56,352 bases of DNA from the IMG/VR virus record IMGVR_UViG_3300044960_000268, positions 1 to 56,352 of that record; one strand, 5' to 3'. This DNA comes from a virus (Duplodnaviria; Caudoviricetes). The translations under genes and the position numbers were made by a program. A model generated the notes under the pieces. That model was not told the origin of the DNA and ran no database searches. It saw only the letters and a list, made by a program, of their open reading frames with translations. This document shows, piece after piece, positions 9,483-18,864 of this stretch. How positions within the stretch are numbered: the first letter of the stretch is position 1; every line of letters begins with the position of its first letter.

Positions 9483-9895
9483 GCCTGCTGTATCTCAGCC
9501 GTTGCATATCGCTTGACCAAGTCGATCACCTCACGCAGAGACTCCTTGTAGGGATCCTCAAGGAATTTCGACTTGCCCGGGTTCCAGTAACTACCAAGTC
9601 CAGAAGGACGAGGTTTTCCGCGTAGCTTCTCCTCGGTGTTCTCATGAACAAAGATAGCATAGGCGGCTCCGTATCCCACTTCTACTGCGTTTGATCCGTC
9701 AATCGCCTTACGAGTAAAAGCGCTTGCTCGCAAGAAACCGTACTCCACAGGGGTCTGGCGCATCGATCGACGTTGAACCAGCAGGCCTCCAGCAAACAAT
9801 CCCTTCATCGCACCTCGTTCCCCGGCGGAAGAGGCGCGAGTGAGCTTCTCAAGCGTTCTGTGGAGCTGTTTGAGTTCGACTGAAACCTTTGCCAT
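9479..9895 (-). CDS. HK97 gp10-like neck/tail-completion protein
   Basis: TPVEYGFLRAS...YAIFVHE...KFLE motifs. Confidence 0.75.
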   Translation of the reverse strand: MAKVSVELKQLHRTLEKLTRASSAGERGAMKGLFAGGLLVQRRSMRQTPVEYGFLRASAFTRKAIDGSNAVEVGYGAAYAIFVHENTEEKLRGKPRPSGLGSYWNPGKSKFLEDPYKESLREVIDLVKRYATAEIQQA

Positions 9896-10227
9896 TACAG
9901 AAGAACCTTATACAGCGTCACCGAGTTGCTCAAGTTAGGGGATTGCTGTACTGATCGGATTTCATGAGCTCCTTCTACGTCTCGAGGATCCCCGATATAG
10001 GTGTGGTCGCCGAGTGAAAGAAACCCTCGAAGCTGAACAGCTTCATCTGTATACACTACCGCCTCACTCAAAAACTCGCGTCCTTGAGCATCTCGCGCGA
10101 GGGACTGACCGTTCTGCCAGCGGACACGCAAGATCTGGGGTTCGCCAAATTCTACGCTGCCGAAGCCGTCATTAGTTCCTGGCGGCCAGTAAGTAGCTTC
10201 CTGCAATAAGTTCTGACGGAAGCTCAT
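9895..10227 (-). CDS. Head closure / head-tail joining protein
   Basis: Start reassigned to MSFRQ, which overlaps the upstream stop. ATYW..G.NDGFG...RW motif; gene order. Confidence 0.65.
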   Translation of the reverse strand: MSFRQNLLQEATYWPPGTNDGFGSVEFGEPQILRVRWQNGQSLARDAQGREFLSEAVVYTDEAVQLRGFLSLGDHTYIGDPRDVEGAHEIRSVQQSPNLSNSVTLYKVLL

Positions 10228-10604
10228 AGCACTTTCACGAGGGTTCTGCGCTGACCGATCATGGCAAGGCATCCATTAGGATCGAGCGCGATGGCTTGCA
10301 GACCGTAAGTTGTAGTCCCTAATCCATCAGACTTCAACGTGGGGAGACTGTATGAAGTCGAAGCGTCGCCCAAGGACTCGCTTGTGATATTCCCAGCGCC
10401 TCCATTTGTATGAACAGACAATGATGCGATAAGATGGGCAGACACCCATTTTACAATCGCTCTCTGCAATGACTCAGATAGACTTGCTACGCAATTCTCT
10501 ACCATGAGCACCGCATCATCGATAATCGACTCTATCTGATCATCAGTCAGCTCAGTCGTAATGATTGTACGTACTTGGCTAACTGTAGGCGTAGCGATAG
10601 CCAT
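10224..10604 (-). CDS. Head-tail adaptor (DUF4054-like)
   Basis: SAHLI...SESLGDASTSY...TTYG...LDP pattern; gene order. Confidence 0.7.
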   Translation of the reverse strand: MAIATPTVSQVRTIITTELTDDQIESIIDDAVLMVENCVASLSESLQRAIVKWVSAHLIASLSVHTNGGAGNITSESLGDASTSYSLPTLKSDGLGTTTYGLQAIALDPNGCLAMIGQRRTLVKVL

Positions 10605-10621
10605 CGATTTATCTCCTTAGT

Positions 10622-10660
10622 CCCCCGGCCGGCCCCGAGAGCTTTGAACCGGCCGGGGGT
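10622..10660. other. GC-rich stem-loop between head and neck genes
   Basis: Inverted repeat ccccggccgg ... ccggccgggg. No clear U-tract on the minus strand. Confidence 0.5.
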
Positions 10661-10670
10661 TTCCGACCGC

Positions 10671-11111
10671 TCAAACCCTGGTCGCAAGCACATCCAGCAG
10701 GTCTTGACGACGAGTCGGAAGTTCGCTATCGATCACTCCCGCCTTGAACACCTTTTCACGCCACTGCGCAATGTTCTTCGCCCCTCTCACCGACTGGCCC
10801 TCTTCGATCAGAGAAAGAATGACATCACGATCAATCGACGGCTTATCGGGCACGACAAGGGAGGACTTGATAGTCGAAGATGCCAATTCTTTCAAGACCA
10901 TCCCCGAAAGTGTAAGACGGCGAGCCTCTTCGGGAGTCAGCATGATTTCGTCTCGCGCACCCGGATTGCGTGGAGTCTTGGCGCTGTAGTGCACGAACGG
11001 CTGAGACTTACGCTTGGTCCGTACACCCGTCTCAGGATCGATGAAGGACTGCGCGTCGCCTTCTCTTCTGCTAATAGCTCCGCGAAGAATACGATAGGGC
11101 TTGCGGTTCAT
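10671..11111 (-). CDS. Hypothetical protein downstream of the capsid gene
   Basis: ATG at 11111 preceded by GAGGAGAG; in operon orientation. Confidence 0.6.
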   Translation of the reverse strand: MNRKPYRILRGAISRREGDAQSFIDPETGVRTKRKSQPFVHYSAKTPRNPGARDEIMLTPEEARRLTLSGMVLKELASSTIKSSLVVPDKPSIDRDVILSLIEEGQSVRGAKNIAQWREKVFKAGVIDSELPTRRQDLLDVLATRV

Positions 11112-11207
11112 TTCTTTCTCTCTCCTCGTTTTGTGAAGAGGAGTCGGCAGAACTGCTTCTACCGACTCCAAACGCATACTCCAACTGAAGGCCTAGATAC
11201 TCAGACC

Positions 11208-12296
11208 TTACGAAGCCTCAGGGAACAGGTGAGTAATTCCGCTGCGTCCGTCGAAATCGGACTTGAGACGAGGTACCCACACAGCCATGACCTTGAACTC
11301 CTCGACCATGCCGCCCGTAACCGTCCACTGAACGGTCGAAATATCCTGGCCAACGGCGAGATCCACCACGTCCTTGGTGAGCGTCACGAGCACCACATTG
11401 TCACCAGTGAGGAAGTCGGCTACCTTGACTTCTTCGATGCCTGACAGAGCGAGGATCCTCTCGCGTACCGTCCTCGTATCACTCGAGTTCGGGCCGCGAT
11501 AGTCCTCGTCCAGTTTGGCTTCGTAGTGTGCCGGGATGTACAGTACCCACGGACCGTAGTGACGAGCGTTGCGCGACGCCTGCTGCATCGCCTGCACGTC
11601 TTCGATGATCTGAGCGTTCTCGCCAGCAGCGCCGTCCAGCTCATCCCATGCCGTCGCCATGTTCACACGGTTGCGGTCAGGATGCGTCGTGTAGCCGTAG
11701 ATACGTGCTGCGCCGAGCGTCGGATCGGTGACCTGGATCTCCGAGTTGCCATTGAACAGGATCTCCTCGGTCTTCTCCGCCACAAGTCGACCAGCGATTG
11801 CAGCTGCCGCCACGTCGATACCCTCGCCGAAGGTGCGCGATGCGACAAGACGCCGAAGCTCAACCTGAAAATCCTTGTGGACAATCGGCACAGGGACGAG
11901 CTGCGGGCGAAAAGCCGGCGTATCCTTCTGACCCTGCGTAACCGCCGACATATCGACGTCCGCAGGAGTCATGTCGGACATACGATCCCACAGGGATACG
12001 GTCATGCCAATGGACCCGAGATTGTGCTCGAGACCGCGAGACCTAAGATCCATGACGCCGGTAAGACGCTGGACAGCCGACTCGATGACGACACGATCAA
12101 TGTCTTTCCACTCGTCATACTGGAGCAACGCTGTAGCGTTGGTTCTGATCTTGACGAGCTGGCCCTGCGCATTGATCGCCAAGACCTTGGACTGCCCGTC
12201 CTTATCGATGAACGGGCGGCGGCTCATAACATTGATACGATCACCCCCGACTACATCAGGAGCTGGGGCGACCATTGCGTTGAGATGATCAGGCAT
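11208..12296 (-). CDS. Major capsid protein (HK97 fold, Linocin/encapsulin-like)
   Basis: LLQYDEWKDID..V, P+PIVHKDF, HYGPWVLY motifs; strongly biased codons; AGGAG RBS. Confidence 0.9.
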   Translation of the reverse strand: MPDHLNAMVAPAPDVVGGDRINVMSRRPFIDKDGQSKVLAINAQGQLVKIRTNATALLQYDEWKDIDRVVIESAVQRLTGVMDLRSRGLEHNLGSIGMTVSLWDRMSDMTPADVDMSAVTQGQKDTPAFRPQLVPVPIVHKDFQVELRRLVASRTFGEGIDVAAAAIAGRLVAEKTEEILFNGNSEIQVTDPTLGAARIYGYTTHPDRNRVNMATAWDELDGAAGENAQIIEDVQAMQQASRNARHYGPWVLYIPAHYEAKLDEDYRGPNSSDTRTVRERILALSGIEEVKVADFLTGDNVVLVTLTKDVVDLAVGQDISTVQWTVTGGMVEEFKVMAVWVPRLKSDFDGRSGITHLFPEAS

Positions 12297-12328
12297 TGCG
12301 ACTAAACTCCTTGGCTTGCTCTAGCCGG

Positions 12329-12763
12329 TTAGAGGACCTCGACCTTGATGCGAGCGTGCGTACTGCCGCCCGAGTTGTTGACCGCTTCCAAGGCGCGAGC
12401 CACTGGATTAGTCGTGCCAGACTGGAGCGAGCCGTCGCCCGCCGAGTTCAGAAGTGCCCCCGCTGCCACGTTCTGACCGGTATCGAGGAGGGCATAAACC
12501 TGATCCCCTCGCTGAGCATGCCAGGCCGGCACCGTATCATGCTGAACATAATCGGCATCGATACTACCACCCGTATAGCTGCTCTCACAAGCAAACACGG
12601 GAGAAGTGGCGCCGGCAGCCGTATCATGCGGCTTGAACCGGCCCTGACTATCGAACATGACGAGCATGCCGGGCTTGATGCTGCCTTCTGCGCACACGCG
12701 CTCACTATGAGGAGTATTAGTGCCGCGAAGAAGGATAGTCTTCGGGGTATCGGACGAGCTCAT
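12329..12763 (-). CDS. Head decoration/cement protein
   Basis: Directly upstream of the capsid gene; IKPGML...SAGDGSL...ALEAV pattern. Confidence 0.75.
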   Translation of the reverse strand: MSSSDTPKTILLRGTNTPHSERVCAEGSIKPGMLVMFDSQGRFKPHDTAAGATSPVFACESSYTGGSIDADYVQHDTVPAWHAQRGDQVYALLDTGQNVAAGALLNSAGDGSLQSGTTNPVARALEAVNNSGGSTHARIKVEVL

Positions 12764-12798
12764 TGTACCGTTCTCCTAAGATTGAGTGTGACCGATGA

Positions 12799-14130
12799 TC
12801 AGGCAGTCTTCCGACCTTCTCGCTGCTTCTTGAAAACAGCCAGTGTGGAGACCGGCGCCATCGCTGCAATAACCTCGTCCTCGTTGTCATGATCGACCAG
12901 CGTGCGAGCACGAGCCGAATAGACAGGAGTCGGAAGCAGTCCGTCAGCGATTGTCTCGAGCTGATCAGTCGACCACTGCTCAATGACCTTGCGATCCATG
13001 CTCGAGTTGCTGACGATGCGCTCAATCAACTGGTTGCGGCGGTTCTTGACCTGATTGTTAGCCAAGCGGATAGCCGCACGATCCTCTTCTGACAGCAGAT
13101 GAGGAGCCAAATCCTTGGCGAGCTGCTTCGGGTCGAGTGCCTTCAGATGAGCCTTAATCGCTTTGTCGACCGCAGCAGCGACCAATTTGGCCACGTTATC
13201 CTTCATCTTATTGTCCTCGCTGTCCTCACTGTCCGTAACCTTCTCCCCTTCTTCAGTCGACTCTTCTTCAGTCGACTCTTCTTCGTCTTCCTCCTGCTTT
13301 TTGAGATAGGCGTCGCGCATTTTCCTGAGCGTCTCCCCACTCATCATGCGCAAGGAGTCTTCATCGTCGGGAGTAAAGGGCGAGTCGTCGTTGGAGATAA
13401 GATCCGCAACGATCTGCCGATGATCATCGTCATCGCCTCGCTCATTGCCAAACAAGCAATTGAGCACTAATGCACGGTTCGAAGCGTCATTCTGAAGCGT
13501 GGACTTCAGCGTCTCAATCGCGGCCTTTTCCTTGCGACTCAGTTTCATCTTGTGCCTCCAGTTGTTGCGAACACCGCAACCATCTTGCCAACTACATGCA
13601 CCTTCACTGTCTGGCAGAAGAGCGAGATGATTGGGCTTTACATCACGGTTCACGACTTTGTAAGTGCGCCCATTTATCTCGCCGTCTGCAGATACGTCCT
13701 TAGAGAAGTAACCGGTGCTTACGTCCATAGGTCGGCCATCAAGCAAGGCTTCTACCAAGCCAGGTGCGAGCTTGTTTGCTCGATCAATGTCGATCCACGC
13801 TTCGCCTTTCAACGATGGACCGTCCAGCTGGGCATTGAAGACCTGACCGATCTTCCATTTCGCCCAAATATCCGGTGAATTAGCTGAAATAAATTCCCCA
13901 TTTTCCACAGGATGATTGATGGTTACGGGGACTCCGTTCCAGCTATCAGGGTGAAGTTCCTCAAGAGGCAGCAGCGCCTCGTTCATCACAACGTCAGAAC
14001 GAGCCATCACTACGGGGACCACGAGATAATCTCGGTCCTCATAGCGCGTGAAACGGACTTCGCGCGCCACGAGATTGGTGGCGAAGCGCCTTCCCTTCGG
14101 TAGGTTGCAAGTGCAATCGTCCTTTGCCAT
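12799..14130 (-). CDS. DUF2213 head maturation protease / scaffold fusion
   Basis: SWNGVPVTINHP, DVSTGY and NHLALL...GACS..DGCG, followed by an acidic helical C-terminus. Confidence 0.8.
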   Translation of the reverse strand: MAKDDCTCNLPKGRRFATNLVAREVRFTRYEDRDYLVVPVVMARSDVVMNEALLPLEELHPDSWNGVPVTINHPVENGEFISANSPDIWAKWKIGQVFNAQLDGPSLKGEAWIDIDRANKLAPGLVEALLDGRPMDVSTGYFSKDVSADGEINGRTYKVVNRDVKPNHLALLPDSEGACSWQDGCGVRNNWRHKMKLSRKEKAAIETLKSTLQNDASNRALVLNCLFGNERGDDDDHRQIVADLISNDDSPFTPDDEDSLRMMSGETLRKMRDAYLKKQEEDEEESTEEESTEEGEKVTDSEDSEDNKMKDNVAKLVAAAVDKAIKAHLKALDPKQLAKDLAPHLLSEEDRAAIRLANNQVKNRRNQLIERIVSNSSMDRKVIEQWSTDQLETIADGLLPTPVYSARARTLVDHDNEDEVIAAMAPVSTLAVFKKQREGRKTA

Positions 14131-14345
14131 AAAACGGCATATACCCAAGTGGGCAATGCCCGTCAAACGCGATTTTCAAAAAGAAACTCTGTAAAAAAGG
14201 ATGGGATCCCAGTTACCAAGAAAATCCTCTAGAAAGAACAATGCGTTACTATCTCTAGAGGAAGTAATTCTACCATCGAATATCCATTCGGGATTTGAAG
14301 AACCCATCGGTGAGCTTTGATGAACAAATCGATGGTTTGCCATCA

Positions 14346-15512
14346 CTATCGATAGTGTTTCGCGATCCAGGCGCGATCACGTGTCCAGCGACGATCCCAA
14401 GGCTTCCGCTGCCCATGGAAGATCACGATCCTTGCGCCCACAGGGAGGCCTGTAGTATGTCTTACGTCTCGAGGATACGAGTAGACTCCATCGTGTTTGC
14501 CCCAGCCTGGCTCACGCGCCTTAAGACAGAAACTGATCCATCCTTGATCACTTCCTTGATACCCGGCGAGAGATGCGATACGAGGGGACTTCTCGGGATC
14601 GAATGTTTCCCAGATCCATGAATACGCGCCAGCAGTAAAGAGAAACATGGATCCATTGTATACCTCAGGGACGTTCACTCCCGGAACTTTCCAGCCAACG
14701 AAGGGGTCAGGGCGATCAAAGATGTGGGTAACATCGCCCGTCAAAATGACATCGAGATCCATTGACAGGATCCTGGGCCCAAATACTTCCGCCATCTCTT
14801 TCGAGAAGATCTTCAGCCGGCGGTAGCACGACGGCAAATGCTTACCTGAGATGTTAGGCAGATTGCTGTGGTCTTTCCAGAGCTTATACGTCTCGCAATC
14901 TAAGCCCCTTGGATCGTCAGTGATGCAGACAAAGCGGTGAGGACGAGGATAGTGCCTCTTGATCATCTTCTGGAGGGTGTGGACGTGTTCGGGCAAGAAC
15001 ACTGTCTTATACCCGGGAGAGTTCCATTTCCAACATACGATTGTCAAAGGTGCATTTACTACAGGAGGCGGTGAGCTTTGAAGGTGAGCCGCATGCTCTT
15101 CCCAATAGTCGGGTTGCTCCGCCAGAAGTTTCTCGACACGCATTCTTGCAGCAGCGACTTTCTCAGTTTCCTCTCGCTGCTGCGCCGCTATGAGCATATC
15201 CATTTCGTCTACTTGACGGATAGCGGCGGCAACCTCACGCTTTGAAATATCTACAATGGAAGAGCCGGGGTTATCGATTGAAGGTATCGACCGAGCACGA
15301 AGGAGAAGATCTTCATAAAGGAAGCGATCTTTCTTTCTCACTTGCCCGAAGTACAGAGGAACCTCAGCCCAGTAAAACCCGCCTTCATCAGAAATCTGCG
15401 CCATTGTCTTGTGAGCGCGACTTCCGCTTCTATAAGCTTCATAGATTATCTCGGCGAGCACATAGGGGATCGCCGGACCATCTTTCATAGGGAAAGATTT
15501 TAGAATGGCCAT
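14346..15512 (-). CDS. Glycosyltransferase (GT-A, GT8-like) with an approximately 150-aa uncharacterised N-terminal domain
   Basis: TIVCWKW, RFVCITD, RRLKIF, DLDV (DxD), NGSM, SDQGWI and IVIFHG.RKPW motifs. Confidence 0.85.
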   Translation of the reverse strand: MAILKSFPMKDGPAIPYVLAEIIYEAYRSGSRAHKTMAQISDEGGFYWAEVPLYFGQVRKKDRFLYEDLLLRARSIPSIDNPGSSIVDISKREVAAAIRQVDEMDMLIAAQQREETEKVAAARMRVEKLLAEQPDYWEEHAAHLQSSPPPVVNAPLTIVCWKWNSPGYKTVFLPEHVHTLQKMIKRHYPRPHRFVCITDDPRGLDCETYKLWKDHSNLPNISGKHLPSCYRRLKIFSKEMAEVFGPRILSMDLDVILTGDVTHIFDRPDPFVGWKVPGVNVPEVYNGSMFLFTAGAYSWIWETFDPEKSPRIASLAGYQGSDQGWISFCLKAREPGWGKHDGVYSYPRDVRHTTGLPVGARIVIFHGQRKPWDRRWTRDRAWIAKHYR

Positions 15513-16222
15513 GAAACCACCTTCTCATAAGGGAAAGAGTCGCGTACGGTCTTCCATCCCTTCTGCTTGCTGCGCTCGGCGCGAATGCGTTTGATAGCGT
15601 GCGCGTCTTCGACGCTCTTTCGACCGAACTCTTTAGGCGTTGATGCGTCTGGAGTATGCTCTCGCCCAACTCTGATAAGTATGAGGGGCAGCTGCTTGAC
15701 GGCTGACGCTTTGAGCATCACTCGATCTCGGAAATCCCAATCGGTTCCGTAGTACCCCGCGAAACGCTCATCGTATCCTCCCACTTCGTCATATAGCGCC
15801 TTGGTCAGAAACCAGGAGTTAGGATGGAACTTGTACGGTTCGAATGTCTGATCGTTGACGCGAGAGAAACGATAAGCGATGCGAGGATCCAGGCGATTAC
15901 TGAAAAGGAGAGCTGACAAAGTATCGTTGGGAATAAGATGATCCATGTCAGTCAGAAACACCCATTCGTGACGGGCATGCTTGACACCGATGTTGCGACA
16001 AGCGTCTTGGTTCCACCTTACATCGACTTTCATTCGGAAAAGCTGAAACTCGAACTTCCCTTTTGTAGGGGGAACCGCTGGATATCTAGGCGACCCATCA
16101 TCCACAACAATGTACTCGAGGCGTTCTTGGACTTGTGGGTTGTACTGATTGAATTGATGGTATTGCCGCCTCAGCATTACCGGGTTCTCGTAGTAGGCCA
16201 TGACTACGGTGATCTTATGCAT
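15500..16222 (-). CDS. Glycosyltransferase family 2-like (GT7C-type C-terminus)
   Basis: IVVDDGS, CRNIG, LTDMDH and GGYDERFAGYYGTD motifs. Confidence 0.85.
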   Translation of the reverse strand: MHKITVVMAYYENPVMLRRQYHQFNQYNPQVQERLEYIVVDDGSPRYPAVPPTKGKFEFQLFRMKVDVRWNQDACRNIGVKHARHEWVFLTDMDHLIPNDTLSALLFSNRLDPRIAYRFSRVNDQTFEPYKFHPNSWFLTKALYDEVGGYDERFAGYYGTDWDFRDRVMLKASAVKQLPLILIRVGREHTPDASTPKEFGRKSVEDAHAIKRIRAERSKQKGWKTVRDSFPYEKVVSWPF

Positions 16223-16832
16223 GGTTGAATTCCTTCGTAGAGATAAGAGGAATAGATTTAGACCATCGGCTGTCACTCACAACCGTAACTTTGATGCCAA
16301 CCTCTATGAGCTGAGCAATCATCAACTCCATTTGCTTCGCCCATTCTTTGTACTTCCCCTCTTTCGTCGCTCCTTTAGGGGACCACGGATAGGGATCGTA
16401 CCAGTAAGGCTCACCTTCCGGACTGCGGCCCATGTCAAATCCAAACATCCACAGATGGTCAGGTTTGAGGTGGTAGACTAGGTTGAGTGCGCACGCTCCG
16501 CTATTAGATCCGTGGAGCGTATCGATTGAAGTGGAGAAGACATGCTTCTTGTCGTTACCTTTGAACCGCGTCAGCTTACGCCACGTCGATCCTCCTCGAT
16601 CCCATACATTCTTACATGCTGAGTCACGAAGCCACGTCCATTGATCGAAAGCAAGCAGCTTATCCCATCGATACTCTACCCATAGTCGATCCATAGAGAT
16701 GACTGTATGGACTTCGGGAAGGTGTATCGCCGCATCGTTCACGGCGATGATCTGGCCTTTGAGCTTCGTCGGCGAGATGTTCCGGAATGACCATCCGCCA
16801 GCAACGATAGAGATAGTCACCACTTCCTCCAC
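16215..16832 (-). CDS. DUF115/MptE-like (sialyltransferase-like Rossmann) protein
   Basis: IVAGGWS, IAVN, NSG..ALNL and FGFDM motifs. Confidence 0.65.
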   Translation of the reverse strand: MEEVVTISIVAGGWSFRNISPTKLKGQIIAVNDAAIHLPEVHTVISMDRLWVEYRWDKLLAFDQWTWLRDSACKNVWDRGGSTWRKLTRFKGNDKKHVFSTSIDTLHGSNSGACALNLVYHLKPDHLWMFGFDMGRSPEGEPYWYDPYPWSPKGATKEGKYKEWAKQMELMIAQLIEVGIKVTVVSDSRWSKSIPLISTKEFNHA

Positions 16833-17434
16833 ACGATCCGATCACATTTTGTAGATCGTTGAATGACCTGGGTAGCCCGGAAGTAACGCTCGAGCTGCTT
16901 GATCCATTCCTTCCGGTTGTGACGGACATCGACTATGAGAACAGAGTCTCGACTTGTACGGGAAGCGACGAAGTCAAGATAGTCGTCAGGCGGGAAATGG
17001 AAGCACCAGCTTTGAAGGGAGAAGACTAAGTCGAAATGCATCAACGGAACTTTATCGAGCGTATCCGGCGTAAAGTATCCCGCAAGTTGAGCATTATTCA
17101 CTTGCCAGAAGTCGCGCGTTACAGCGCCTGAATTGAACGTCTGGGCGTGTTTCTCGACAACTGAGTCATCATCCTCACCGTCAAGCAAATACGCCTCAGC
17201 GCCGTCCCAGAAGCGTTTAAGGAGGATCCCGACACCCGACAGTCCCGATCCCACGTCAAGGAAGGACTTTACATGACGCGGTGAAGCGAGTTGTATAGCG
17301 TTAGCATCCTTCGAAATCGAATGATGGTACAACGTCAGCCATGTCGGTAGATCGTGCGAATAGTCCCATAGAGCGCCTCGTTGCAGTTGCAAGTAGCGCA
17401 GATGGTCAGTATCAATAATGAGGCGATTGCTCAT
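16817..17434 (-). CDS. Class I SAM-dependent methyltransferase
   Basis: FLDVGSGLSG motif I and FDLVFSLQSWCFH; start MSNRL overlaps the upstream stop. Confidence 0.8.
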   Translation of the reverse strand: MSNRLIIDTDHLRYLQLQRGALWDYSHDLPTWLTLYHHSISKDANAIQLASPRHVKSFLDVGSGLSGVGILLKRFWDGAEAYLLDGEDDDSVVEKHAQTFNSGAVTRDFWQVNNAQLAGYFTPDTLDKVPLMHFDLVFSLQSWCFHFPPDDYLDFVASRTSRDSVLIVDVRHNRKEWIKQLERYFRATQVIQRSTKCDRIVWRKW

Positions 17435-17565
17435 GGCCCCACCGTAACCGTCCAATTCTCCCACCAAGCTACGAAGGTGAACCAGGCCCACATGGTTTTT
17501 GCAAGGGCGGCGACTCCTACGAAGATGGTGAACCCGATCACGTCATTGAGAAGCTTCTTTTTCAT
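17431..17565 (-). CDS. 44-aa membrane peptide (not in the ORF track)
   Basis: MKKKLLNDVIGFTIFVGVAALAKTMWAWFTFVAWWENWTVTVGP*. Fills the gap and has an ATGA overlap with the next gene. Confidence 0.6.
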   Translation of the reverse strand: MKKKLLNDVIGFTIFVGVAALAKTMWAWFTFVAWWENWTVTVGP

Positions 17566-17574
17566 GGGGCATCC

Positions 17575-18864
17575 CTATCTCTTTATGATCCACATCATCA
17601 GTTGATGGTCGACCAGCTCTGTCTTTTCAATCGTCCAGCCGCCCCATCTCTTGACCCTTTCGATCCACCAATTCGCATCATGCACCGTGATGTGGGCATT
17701 CCTTCCGTCAGGCAGTATCTCCTTCGCCGGCCGAGTAGCGATAGCGAGAAATACGCCTTTACCGGCGAGCGTGTAGATATGATCGATCACGTTGTCAAGC
17801 TTGCTTTCTTCGACGTGCTCGAATACGTCAGTGCACACGACTAGATCACAAGGCTTTGGCATCCCCCGTCGGTGCTCGATGCCGGGATCATAGCACGAGA
17901 CGCGGATAGGAGGATCGAGCTTCGCCAGTTCGATGCGCAATGTTTCCTGACCCGATCCATAATCGAGACAAGTAGTACACTCGAGACGGCGGTAGAACTC
18001 GGCGACCTTTGCCGCGTACTTTCTTCCACTGACACCCCACCCGCTCTTGTTAGGCTTCTTGTCTTTGGATCCTAGCAACGCCTCCTTGTGCATCTGCGAT
18101 AGCGTCTGCATGTAGGAAGTCGACACCAGGTCTTCGATCTTATGGCGATAGGATCCTCCGTGCCTCATAAACATCCCTAGATGGCCGAGATCCATCGCCC
18201 ACAGGCCCTTCTGGGCGAGGCGCCAAGCGAGGATTGTCGCGGTGGGTCCAAGGCAAATGAGTATGGGGCCCGAGGGTTGGCCTACCTCTTCCTCGATGCG
18301 ATCAATCTCGCGGTAGGCGTTAGTCCGCGGGCCCCATACTTCTCGAACGCTCCTCGCCTCCGCCTTGATGGCGTCGGGTCGAAGTGAGCGCAATCCTCCG
18401 ATCACCAAAGTAACGTCTCGATCAACCCAGAGCGTCTTGACCTTATTCCAGTAGTCAGCCGTGTCGATCCACGGAGCGCTGTCGGGGCGAGTGATGAACG
18501 AAGATACGTATTTGGGTTGGGTATACAAAGAGCAGATATTCGTTGTCGCGAATTTCGACCAGGACGCTCGCTTAGGAGTTTCGCTGAATACGTTGGGGAT
18601 GCCTACAAGGCATTTGCCGGGTTCGCGCAGCACGAGACGCAACTCGTCGCGCAGCTTATCACTGTATTCTCGCTGCGATACGCAGGTTCCTCCCAGCGCA
18701 AGGTTGATCTCTCCGTCTCCATATCGTGCGATGGAGCTTCCGCGAGTGATCAAGTCCAATGTCGTGTATTCATCGATCACCTCTGGGTATACTCCGACGG
18801 TTCCTTTACCAATGCGAGTTCCAGGCAGAGGTCCATACTTCTTCTGTTGCTTGTTGACCTTCAT
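17575..18864 (-). CDS. GT-D (DUF1792/GT101-like) glycosyltransferase fused to a SAM methyltransferase
   Basis: N-terminal SIARYGDGE...LGPTATILA..L...G..AMDLGH; C-terminal LDYGSG and DLVVCTDVFEHV. Confidence 0.85.
   Translation of the reverse strand: MKVNKQQKKYGPLPGTRIGKGTVGVYPEVIDEYTTLDLITRGSSIARYGDGEINLALGGTCVSQREYSDKLRDELRLVLREPGKCLVGIPNVFSETPKRASWSKFATTNICSLYTQPKYVSSFITRPDSAPWIDTADYWNKVKTLWVDRDVTLVIGGLRSLRPDAIKAEARSVREVWGPRTNAYREIDRIEEEVGQPSGPILICLGPTATILAWRLAQKGLWAMDLGHLGMFMRHGGSYRHKIEDLVSTSYMQTLSQMHKEALLGSKDKKPNKSGWGVSGRKYAAKVAEFYRRLECTTCLDYGSGQETLRIELAKLDPPIRVSCYDPGIEHRRGMPKPCDLVVCTDVFEHVEESKLDNVIDHIYTLAGKGVFLAIATRPAKEILPDGRNAHITVHDANWWIERVKRWGGWTIEKTELVDHQLMMWIIKR

Noticed and set aside
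10575-12892. Long plus-strand ORFs (10575..11444, 11526..12305, 12296..12892)
   Set aside because: Antisense shadows of the capsid and decoration genes, with no motifs or RBS.
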